This document shows positions 47,214 through 56,805 of a stretch of 64,000 bases of DNA, piece after piece; position 1 is the first letter of the stretch, and each line of letters begins with the position of its first letter. The DNA comes from Azolla caroliniana. Taxonomy: Eukaryota; Plantae; Polypodiophyta. The stretch covers positions 18,228,001-18,292,000 of the forward strand of contig JBHGNT010000015.1 in NCBI GenBank assembly GCA_043228905.1, read 5' to 3'. A model generated the notes under the pieces. That model was given only the letters and a program-made list of their open reading frames with translations, ran no database searches and was not told the origin of the DNA. Both the position numbers and the translations under genes were made by a program.

Positions 47214-50200
47214 TGTTGAAAAACAGTGCTCGGCCACAACCGAGGAATGGGATCAACTCACAGAAAACAGGAAATAGAAAAATGCACAAAACAATAGAGA
47301 GAAAGGTACACTGGATGTTTTACGTGGAAAACCCTAAATGGGAAAAACCACGGGAGTCCTCAAACTCCAACTATCACTATGAACAGGGATGTACACTGGT
47401 GAAGCTACAAGGCAACAACCTTGAGCTCACTGTCTTCGCCACAGGCGGCGGTAATACACAGAGGCAACGACCTCTTCGTCTCTCACTCTCTCTCTCTCGG
47501 CTGCTCTCGCTTCTCATGAAAAATGAGCAACAACATAAAACTGTTTGCCCTAAGTCATATTTATACACATATGACTTTCGGGCTATTTACAAATATAGCC
47601 TCAAGGGCTCTTGGCAAACATATTCACAAATATGTCTCCGCATCCGGATCTCTCTCCGGGTACATTCATCATCCGGTTCCGTAACCGGGGTCTTCATCAT
47701 CCGGCTCCGTAACCGGGGTCTTCATCATCCGGTTCCGTAACCGGGGTCTTCATCATCCGGCTCCGTAACCGCAACCGGGCTTGCCGTCATTCATCTCCGG
47801 ACATCCCATCCGGAGGGACCGAAATCCCAACAAACTCCCCCTTCACTTCGGCATGGGATGTCTCTCCAGTCCGATCCTCTTCCGGCATGCTTCCAGCTTG
47901 TCGGGTGTGAGCACCTTGGTCAGCATATCTGACCCGTTCTCGTCCGTGTGGACCTTCGTCAGCTCGAACTCCTTGTCTTCTATCCTTTCCCGGATCCAGT
48001 GATATCTTCGCTGGATGTGCTTCGTCCGGGAGTGATAAGCCGCGTTCTTCGCAAGGTGGATGGCACTCTGACTGTCGCAGTAGAGTCGGTACTCCTCCTG
48101 CTGGATACCGAGCTCTCTAATGAAATCCTTCATCCATATTATTTCCTTGCCGGCTTCAACAGCTGCCATGTACTCCGCCTCCGTGGTTGACAACGCAACC
48201 GTCTTCTGCAGCCTCGACTGCCACGAAACGGCTCCCCCTGCATAGGTCATCACATACCCTGATGTGGACCGGCTGGTATCTGCATCAGCCGACATATCCG
48301 AATCGGTGAAGCCGTCGAGTTCAGGCTTACCGGAGCCGAATCGGAGGCACACGTTTGCCGTGCCCTTCAGGTATCGGAGTATCCACTTGACCGCGTTCCA
48401 ATGCTCTTTGCCGGGATTGCTCATGTACCGGCTCACCACTCCGACTGCGTATCCAATGTCTGGTCTTGTACACACCATTGCGTACATCAAGCTTCCGACA
48501 GCAGAGGCATATGGTACTTTCATCATGTCCTCTTTCTCAGCCTTTGTCCTGGGGCTTTGCTTGCTGGACAGCTTGCAGTTTGCCGGGAGGGTTGATCCGA
48601 CCGGTCTTGCTTCCGACATGTTGAACCGTTGAAGCACCTTTGTCACGTACTTCTCCTGTGACAGCCACAACTGCTTCTTGCTCCGGTCGCGGATGATGTG
48701 CATCCCTAGTATTTGTCTCGCCGGACCCAAGTCCTTCATTGAGAAGGTTCGGTGAAGAGCCTTCTTCAGCATCCGTATCTTGACCTGGTCCCGTCCGACG
48801 ATCAACATGTCGTCCACGTACAAGAGGAGTATTAGAGAGTCTCCTCCTTCGAACTTCTTCACAAACACGCAGTGGTCAGACTGCGTTTTGTGGTACCCTT
48901 CGTCGGTCATGAAGGAGTCGAACTTCCGGTACCATTGCCGGGGAGCCTGCTTCAGTCCGTAAAGGCTCTTCTTCAACCGGCATACCAGGTGCTCCTTCCC
49001 TTTCTTCTCGAATCCTTCCGGTTGCTGCATGTAGATCTCTTCATCGAGGTCGCCGTGAAGGAATGCCGTCTTCACGTCCATCTGTTCTACCTCGAGGTCC
49101 ATGCTTGCCGCTATGCTCAGCACCGTCCGGATGGAGGTCATCTTTACTACCGGGGCAAATATCTCGTCGAAGTCGACGCCCTTCTTTTGCTGAAACCCCT
49201 TCACCACGATCCTGGCTTTGTATCTCGGGGGGTTTCCGGCATCTCCCGGTTTCAGCTTGAACACCCACTTGTTTCGAAGTGCCCGCTTTCCTTTCGACAA
49301 CTCCACAAGTTCATATGTGTGATTCTCATGCAGGGAATCCATCTCGTCCTGCATGGCACTCGACCACCTGCGGCTCTGGGTGTCATGTTTTGCTTCTTCA
49401 AAACTTTCCGGCTCCCCCTCGTCTGTTAGCAGCACGTGCTCTGGTTCCGGAAATCTCCGGGGGGCCCTTCTCTCTCTTAGAGGATATCTCCGTTCGGGAG
49501 CTTCGGTAACCGGTTCTTCCGATTCTTCTTCTTCATCGGAATCCATTTCGGGATCGGGGCCGGTTCCGGTATCATTTTCATCTTCTTCGGCCGGTTCTGT
49601 TTCTTCACCGTCTTCGGCCGGATCCTCGAGTGCTAACCGGTCCCTTGCCGGTCGGGACTGCTCCTCGTAGAGTTGATCCTCACCGGTCGACTTTGAGCTC
49701 TTCATCTTCTTCTTCGACTCCCAGTCGGCGAGTGTCTTGTCCTCCATGAAGATGATGTCTCGACTCCTGAATATCTTCTTGTCGACCGGGTCCCATACTC
49801 GGTAGCCGAACTCGTCGTCACCGTAACCGAGGAATATGCCTGGCCGGGTCTTTGGATCTAGCTTTCCTCTCCGGTCCTTTGCCACATGCACGTATGCGAG
49901 ACACCCGAACACCTTCAGATGCCGGTAGGATACTTCCCTACCGGTCCACACTCTCTGCGGCGTGTCTCCGTCCAAAGGTACTGAGGGTGATCTGTTTATC
50001 ACGTATGTCGCCGTCGACATCGCCTCAGCCCAGAACCCCTTGGGTAATTTCGCATGCGCCAGCATACTCCGGACCCTCTCCATTATGGTCCGGTTCATCC
50101 TCTCGGCCAGCCCGTTCAGTTCCGGCGTCTTCGGCACAGTAAACTCGAGCCGGATTCCCTTCGAGCGACAGTACTCCTGGAACTGCCCCCGGTATTCCCC

Positions 50201-52569
50201 TCCGTTATCCGCTCGTATCGCTTTCAGCTTCTTGCCGGATTCTCTTTCCACTCTCGCGTGGAGTTCTTTGAAGACGGACAACACTTGGTCCTTTGTCTTC
50301 AACGGTGCCGTCCACAGCTTCCGGCTGTGGTCATCAATGAATGTCACGAAGTACTGGGCTCCGCCATGTGACTTCGTTTCTACCTGACACACATCAGTGT
50401 GCACCAGCTCCAATGGTGCGCTACGTCTCGTCGGTGGCCTTGAGTGGAAGGAGGTCCGGTTTTGCTTACCGGCCAGGCAGTCGGTGCACTTCTCCAGGTG
50501 CACATGCTTCACTGGAATAAGGTTGTCTTCTGCAAGCCTCTTCATCCCCTTCTCACTCATGTGGCACAGTCTCTTGTGCCACAGCTCACCGGCAGTGTCG
50601 GCTGCCACGTTCAGCTCCTCCGGACAGAGCCGGGAATTCATCAGGTACAGGGTGTTGACCTTCCGGGCCCGAGCCACTATCAGGCTCCCTTTGCTGAACT
50701 TCATGACACCGTTCCGGATGCTACCCGTGTAGCCTTCATCGTCTAGCCTCCCGGCCGAAATCAGGTTCAATCGAACCTCCGGAACGTGTCGAACATCCTT
50801 CAGCAGCATTTTGCATCCGGTCGGGGTTGTCAACCACACGTCTCCTATGCCGGCAATCCGGCACGTACCTTCATTCCCCATCCGAACGCAGCCATGCTCA
50901 CCGGCTGTGTAGGATGAGAAGTATCTTCTCTCCGGGGTCAGGTGGAACGATGCTCCGGAATCGACCACCCAGGTCGTCTCATCGCCGGCTACGTTTAGTT
51001 CATCTTCTTCGGTGATGAGCATGATTTCTTCCTCACTTGCCGCGAGTGCTGTTGTTCCTTTCCGGTCCTGCCCTCGCCGATCCGAACCTCTCCGGTCCGT
51101 GGCTCCCCGGTATGCACCGTTTCTCTCCGGTGACTTCTTCGAATCGGTGTCGTCGGCTCCGTTGTCCTTTCGGTAATGCCGACAATTCTTCCGGAAGTGC
51201 CCCGGCTTCCCACAGTGGAAGCATGTGGGCCTTCCTCTTGACTGCGACCGGGTCCCCGACTTCTCTCGTCTTTGCGGACTCCGGTGCCATTGTCTTCCCC
51301 GATCCGATTCGGTAAGCAGCGCCTTCGAGTCGGAGACCGGTTCTTTATCTCTCCGACGCGCTTCTTCGTTCAAAATACTTGTCTTTACCGTTTGTAGGGA
51401 CAAGTTATCTTCCGTGCAGGAGGTGCTGAGAGTCACCACCAAGTTCTCCCAGCTTTTCGGCAATGTACACATCAGGATGATGGCTTGCATTGCATCCTCC
51501 AACGGGAACTTGATCGCCGCAAGCTGGTTCACGAATCCCATGAACGTGCTTACGTGTTCCACCATACTTTCGCCGTCCCGGTACTTGAGGTTCACTATCT
51601 TTCTCATCAGGGAGGTCCGGTTCAACGCATTCTTCCTCTCGTAGAGGCCCGACAGCTTCCTCCACATCTCATATGCGTTGGTGTCGTTCGCCACGTGTTG
51701 TAGAACGCTCACGTCGACGTATTGCCGAATGGTTGCAACGGCTTTCCGGTTCAGAAGCCTCCACTCCGTCTCAAGTACCCCCTTGGGTATTTCCGACCTG
51801 TCGATCGGTTCATACAGGTCCCGAACAATGAGCAGATCCTCCATCTTTATCTTCCAGTCGGCGTAGTTCTGCGCGTTCAGCACCATCATGCCCGGAGGCC
51901 CACTACCGCCGCCTTCCATTTTCTGTGTTACCGTCGCTCTGATACCACTTTGTTGAAAAACAGTGCTCGGCCACAACCGAGGAATGGGATCAACTCACAG
52001 AAAACAGGAAATAGAAAAATGCACAAAACAATAGAGAGAAAGGTACACTGGATGTTTTACGTGGAAAACCCTAAATGGGAAAAACCACGGGAGTCCTCAA
52101 ACTCCAACTATCACTATGAACAGGGATGTACACTGGTGAAGCTACAAGGCAACAACCTTGAGCTCACTGTCTTCGCCACAGGCGGCGGTAATACACAGAG
52201 GCAACGACCTCTTCGTCTCTCACTCTCTCTCTCTCGGCTGCTCTCGCTTCTCATGAAAAATGAGCAACAACATAAAACTGTTTGCCCTAAGTCATATTTA
52301 TACACATATGACTTTCGGGCTATTTACAAATATAGCCTCAAGGGCTCTTGGCAAACATATTCACAAATATGTCTCCGCATCCGGATCTCTCTCCGGGTAC
52401 ATTCATCATCCGGTTCCGTAACCGGGGTCTTCATCATCCGGCTCCGTAACCGGGGTCTTCATCATCCGGTTCCGTAACCGGGGTCTTCATCATCCGGCTC
52501 CGTAACCGCAACCGGGCTTGCCGTCATTCATCTCCGGACATCCCATCCGGAGGGACCGAAATCCCAACA
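47214..52569 (-). mobile_element. Intact Ty1/Copia (Tnt1/Tto1-like), TSD CTCCG
   Basis: 619-bp LTRs 47214-47832 and 51951-52569 with no difference I could see; PBS tRNA-iMet at 51936-51947; PPT AAGGGGGAG; single uninterrupted ORF. Confidence 0.97.
47843..51919 (-). CDS. Copia Gag-Pol polyprotein (about 1358 aa from the first ATG after the PBS)
   Basis: CFHCGKPGHFRKNC, WVVDSGAS, HKRLCH..CTDC, HTDV/ADNGGEY/NGLAER, QMDVKTAFLHG, LYVDD, SDMLTK. Confidence 0.97.
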   Translation of the reverse strand: MEGGGSGPPGMMVLNAQNYADWKIKMEDLLIVRDLYEPIDRSEIPKGVLETEWRLLNRKAVATIRQYVDVSVLQHVANDTNAYEMWRKLSGLYERKNALNRTSLMRKIVNLKYRDGESMVEHVSTFMGFVNQLAAIKFPLEDAMQAIILMCTLPKSWENLVVTLSTSCTEDNLSLQTVKTSILNEEARRRDKEPVSDSKALLTESDRGRQWHRSPQRREKSGTRSQSRGRPTCFHCGKPGHFRKNCRHYRKDNGADDTDSKKSPERNGAYRGATDRRGSDRRGQDRKGTTALAASEEEIMLITEEDELNVAGDETTWVVDSGASFHLTPERRYFSSYTAGEHGCVRMGNEGTCRIAGIGDVWLTTPTGCKMLLKDVRHVPEVRLNLISAGRLDDEGYTGSIRNGVMKFSKGSLIVARARKVNTLYLMNSRLCPEELNVAADTAGELWHKRLCHMSEKGMKRLAEDNLIPVKHVHLEKCTDCLAGKQNRTSFHSRPPTRRSAPLELVHTDVCQVETKSHGGAQYFVTFIDDHSRKLWTAPLKTKDQVLSVFKELHARVERESGKKLKAIRADNGGEYRGQFQEYCRSKGIRLEFTVPKTPELNGLAERMNRTIMERVRSMLAHAKLPKGFWAEAMSTATYVINRSPSVPLDGDTPQRVWTGREVSYRHLKVFGCLAYVHVAKDRRGKLDPKTRPGIFLGYGDDEFGYRVWDPVDKKIFRSRDIIFMEDKTLADWESKKKMKSSKSTGEDQLYEEQSRPARDRLALEDPAEDGEETEPAEEDENDTGTGPDPEMDSDEEEESEEPVTEAPERRYPLRERRAPRRFPEPEHVLLTDEGEPESFEEAKHDTQSRRWSSAMQDEMDSLHENHTYELVELSKGKRALRNKWVFKLKPGDAGNPPRYKARIVVKGFQQKKGVDFDEIFAPVVKMTSIRTVLSIAASMDLEVEQMDVKTAFLHGDLDEEIYMQQPEGFEKKGKEHLVCRLKKSLYGLKQAPRQWYRKFDSFMTDEGYHKTQSDHCVFVKKFEGGDSLILLLYVDDMLIVGRDQVKIRMLKKALHRTFSMKDLGPARQILGMHIIRDRSKKQLWLSQEKYVTKVLQRFNMSEARPVGSTLPANCKLSSKQSPRTKAEKEDMMKVPYASAVGSLMYAMVCTRPDIGYAVGVVSRYMSNPGKEHWNAVKWILRYLKGTANVCLRFGSGKPELDGFTDSDMSADADTSRSTSGYVMTYAGGAVSWQSRLQKTVALSTTEAEYMAAVEAGKEIIWMKDFIRELGIQQEEYRLYCDSQSAIHLAKNAAYHSRTKHIQRRYHWIRERIEDKEFELTKVHTDENGSDMLTKVLTPDKLEACRKRIGLERHPMPK

Positions 52570-52749
52570 CTCCGGCCTTTCCCGCATGGTTGTCTTCTAC
52601 TAGAACCTCGTAGTTTTGGTACGCCGCTTCCACGAATCCGGTTTTCTCCTCGATTGGGTCATCCCATCCGGTAACCTCTCGGATCCGCTTCTTCCTTCCT
52701 CAGTCGTACGCCGGTGAGGCCTTCTAGCACCAACTAAAGTGACTGATTC

Positions 52750-53237
52750 TTCTTCGGAACTGTAAACTATCGATTTGAGTACGAAGCATTTAATGGCTCT
52801 AGAATCCCCATCACCACCTATTCCTTGAGCAAGTCAATGATTTTCGGAATAGGCGTCTGTGGCACCAGAATCGGCTTTAGGTTCCACAACACACATTCAA
52901 TTGTGAAGATCACCATCGGCTCCACTATCTTCGGATCAATGCACCCTATCTCTCTTGATGTGAATGCAAATGCTTTTCCATGTTGCTCCAACATCTCACG
53001 AAATCATTCTTCTTCATTCGGTAAGAGGAACCCATCTCCGTTGATCTGGAGTTTCTTCCGCGTCTTCTTCGTGAAGGTATGTCCGATATCCATGGACTTT
53101 TGAAGTGTCAGATCTCCCAAGACTTCTTTCCTCTTTTGTTCACTATTGGCGGGTAATGGTCCCGCAAACGGTTTCACCTTCTTTTCTATGGTCTTGTATT
53201 TCGTATACACCATTGCTTCTTTTTTGCGGAGCACATC
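52750..53237 (-). pseudogene. Gypsy RT N-terminal fragment (A/B/C lineage, possibly the upstream part of Gypsy-A)
   Basis: TKYKTIEKKVKP, HGKAFAF, WNLKPI, ILEP...FTVPKKN. Confidence 0.75.
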
Positions 53238-53679
53238 TGTTGCCAATTAGGAACACGGTCCGCGGTCAGTTGTTCGACCTAGACCTCCAAGTGGGTGTGG
53301 AACAACGAATAGGCGTCTAAGCGTAATGCGTAGGGGAATGTTCCCTGTAACCTATCAATGTATAAGGGAGACGGATACAACCGAATCCTTAGCAAGGGTT
53401 ACACTTACGTTCTTACACGCTCAGGTCTTCAAGACACACACAGTGGATTAACCGTAGCTATACACAGAGAATCAGAGAAGATAGAATTCTATTATGAGAC
53501 GTTTCTTTACATTCCCAAAATTACACGCTCCCTCTATCAGAGGTTTTCTGCCCTTTATATACGCAGGGTCTATTTAGCCGTTCACGCGTCCTGCGTGAAC
53601 CATTACATGCGTTATGATGTTATATTATTTCTTATTCCTACGCTCTTGTCCGTCGGCTACTATTCTGGCGGACAACACC

Positions 53680-53696
53680 TGGCACGCCTGTGGGAC
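53680..53696 (+). promoter_or_regulatory. PBS-like motif (tRNA-Arg type) on the strand opposite to pol
   Basis: TGGCACGCCTGTGGGAC, 2 nt from the LTR terminal CA. Confidence 0.7.
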
Positions 53697-53724
53697 AGTG
53701 CCCTGGCACGTCGGACCCATCCCG

Positions 53725-56659
53725 TTAATCCTCTTCCAAAATGGCCCGGATGTTTGGCTCTGTTGTGGTGTCCGCGTCCGGAGGTGACGTAGGGCCCGTA
53801 GGTCCATCGTGGTGTGGCTCCCCAGTTTGGTTGGGCTGGTTTCTCCCGGAGTCGCAATCGCCGTGTGTGGGCGGTCCAGGTATGGTGGGCTCTTCTTGAG
53901 CTAGTGGGTTGGGCTCCGCCATTGTCGTGCTTGCAGCCGGCTGCGGCTCTACCTCCATTGTTACGTCCTCTGTGGTGTCGGCCGTTTTTGTACGTTCTGG
54001 GGAGTGGGGCGGTGATTCCGCCTGGCCCGCACCGTTCTCCGTGTGGTCCGATGATTGCGTGGGCTCGTGCGGATGAACCTCCTCTTGTGCAGTGGTTTCG
54101 TTGTCTGGTACTGTGGGGGACTCCGCTCGTCGGTCCGCGCTGTTCTCCATCGTTGTCATTTATGGTGATCGGGCCTGAGGTTCCTCTTCTTCGGCCGTGC
54201 CCGGAATTGGCGTCGTGCTGGATTCCTCGTTTGTGCGCATGTTGCCGGCTTGTGTGATCTGGTGGAATAGCTCCTCCTGGCTTTCACCAAAATCATCTAA
54301 GAGCTGCGCGAGTTCTTCGGAGTGTTGGTCCGCTAGCACATGATAGTCTTGCACTAGGTCCTCTCGTACGGCCGCAATGCTCTGCTCATTTAGTTTATAG
54401 AAACCTCGGCCGTCTTTTCGCAGGTTCTCCCAGTCCGCACGATACGCGTGCAATTCCGCTGCTTGGGTTGCCCATGCCATCCATCCTTTGTCCAACGTCG
54501 TTTTCAATTGCATTGTGAACCTCTCCCGATTTGTTTGGAGAAGGATACACACGTTATCTGTGATGGCCTGGCAACGGTTGCGTGCGTCCTCCATCGACTT
54601 CTGGAGGTTTGCAATTTCTTGTTGTTTAACCGCCGCCGCTTCTTCGTACGTGGCCTTCAGGCCTGCCCACAGCTGGGATTCATTTGCATGTTGTTCTTCT
54701 AATTTCCCCATTTCATTGTTTAGGCGGATTTCGAGTTGATGCCTTCTTTCTTGTTCGACCACCAACTGCTCGTCGAACCATACCTTCTTTTTCTCTAATA
54801 AGGCCCGGAGTCTCGCGATTGTCGCCTCTGATTTCTTCGCGTCCTCCCGTAATTGGGTGTTGTCGTCCTTTGTCTGGATGTGCTGAGCTACCTCCGTAGC
54901 GAGTTTCTCTTCAAGGGTGTTTACTGCCTTCCGGCTGTTAGCCCGTATCTCCTTTTCTCTGTCTGAGGATTGGCGTAGTTCCGCTCGAAGGCGGTCAATT
55001 TCTGATTCCGCTAGTTGCACGGCGATGGCGGTTTGAGCCTCAATTTCTTCTTTTAAAGCGTTGATGGTGTGGTTTGGTGGCGGAGTTGCGTGTTGCGCCG
55101 TAGTCGCGTGAGCTTCCAACACCGCGATGCATTCGTTGGCTTTTTGTAGTTCGACTTGGGTCAGTTTCACCTTCTTCCAGACATTCTTATTTTTTATGGC
55201 CATCGCCTTGGCGCTCGTGCTAACCTTTGCCAGTTCCCGATGGACTTCAACTAGGGCCATGTTTAATGGGGGTATCTCCATCCCCACTCAGCGTACCCCG
55301 GCGTTCCTCTGTCTGCCGACCTTGGCTAGCCGGTCCTCATCGTCGCTCTCCGCCGTGTGTGTTAGGGCACACTCGATCATCTGGCGTTCCGCATGCTCTT
55401 CGGCCATTCGTTGGGCAGCTTTTACCTGTTGTGTTGCCAGGAACTCCATGAGCTCAAAAGAAGTGCCAAACTGTAAGAGGGCGCATAACTCATGGGTCGT
55501 ATCCGGGATATCCGGATATGCCAAAACCTCGCTTTCCGCCGTTAATACGGCTTTCCCTCGTTGGGATTGGGTCGTAATGATTGGCCGTGGCTCCCGGATT
55601 ATTTCGAAGGTGGTATTGGGTTCCGTAGCTGCGGAGCCATCGTCTTCGGTTGGTGTCTCTGTCGCCGTGGGGACGTCTTTGACCAACCCCCGCCCATCTT
55701 TCCTGTCCAATCTACGTCGTTTCGGTCTGGGCTATCCTACCGTGTTACGGTGTCTGGCTCTGGGGCTGCTTCCTGGAACGTGCCAATTGTTCCTCCTGTG
55801 TTATCCGTGTGTCCGGCTGGTCTGTAGTTGTTGTCCTTGGGTCTGGCTGGGCGGGTTGGGGTTCCTCTTCCCACTCTCGGGCCGCTAACTCCCCTAACCT
55901 ACGTTTCGCGGATCGGGGCGGGGGCGTGGGTCAGTTGGGCGGCGGTGCCGGCAGGCCTCAGGGTGGGAATAGTACCGTAAGGTATTGTTGTATGATTGGC
56001 CTGAGCTTTTTGCTTGCCTCATACGCGTGCAGGCCTTCCCTTAACGCCGGCCCTGTGATGACCCCCCAATCGACCGCACGCCCTTCAAAGGTATCGATTA
56101 TGATGCCCGCCTTTTTCTTGGGCATCCCATATGCGTTGACATGTACGCAGCCGACTTCTAGCAGGAACTTGGCAACTTCACGGAAGAAGGGATCCGGAAT
56201 CTGCTTGGTTCTATAGGTCTTGACGGAGGAGGAATATGGCCCGAAATATCGTTGCAGCGCCTCTGCAGGAGGGATTTCGAAATGCCTTTCGCCTAGCGAT
56301 GACAGGTCGAACTTCTTCCGGATGGAGGAGTTGGTTACCGTGTCGATGTTAGGCTTCCTTGCGATGTCCATGGCATCCGGGTGTGGGGGTGCTTCTGCGA
56401 CCCGGATGTACCCATCCAAGCATTTCTCCACGAGCCATCGGCGTAAGGCAGTAGATATGAAGATCGTCATCGCTAGAGGAGGTTCGTGGGAAGGAGACTG
56501 ATGATTGCGGTGGGCTGAAGCTCTGTGATAGGATGGAGGAGAAGGTGAGGGGGAGGAGCGATGGAAGCGCTGATAGCTAGAAGATGAGTTTCTGTTTTGT
56601 GTAGAAAATCTTCTGTTTCCTTCTTTTTGTGGCTTAGGGTTCATTGGGCGGTGAGCCAT
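53725..56659 (-). pseudogene. Extra 3' ORF of Gypsy-D (globular N-part, long coiled coil, acidic/Pro-rich tail)
   Basis: ORFs 55288..55710, 54160..55287 and 53725..54159 are co-frame and separated by single stops; 55958..56659 lies upstream; same strand as pol. Confidence 0.75.
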
Positions 56660-56805
56660 CGTGGTGCCGTGTGTTCTTGAACTAGGAGTTTGTGCATGCC
56701 TTTAGTCGTTTTAATAGTAGGTATCTTCTCCTTTTTTTTCTTCTTTTTTTCATAATGGTTATCTACAACCTATTTTTACATTATGGTACAAATGGGGTCG
56801 TCCAT

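Larger units (their letters stand above)
27149..52715 (-). mobile_element. Gypsy-B (GC-rich relative of A and C), 5'-truncated, hosting three insertions
   Basis: 3' LTR 27149-27888 with PPT GGGGGTGGA; integrase ~27950-29470; RH/RT 32833-34480; protease LIDHGSE 34873-35214; gag 46831-47213 and 52575-52715. Sequence rejoins across TSDs TCTTT, CCGT and CTCCG. Confidence 0.88.

Noticed and set aside
47192-47740. Antisense LTR ORFs (also 51722..52477) and many short ORFs opposite Copia pol
   Set aside because: Broken by indels in the third LTR copy (60146-60898); otherwise shadow frames of GC-rich coding sequence.
51920-51976. ORF-track N-terminus MWPSTVFQ for the 1377-aa protein
   Set aside because: Non-ATG start within the LTR/PBS; the ATG at 51919 is preferred.
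54160-55287. Host SMC/myosin-like gene
   Set aside because: Intronless, with in-frame stops, and lying between integrase and LTR; better explained as an element accessory ORF.
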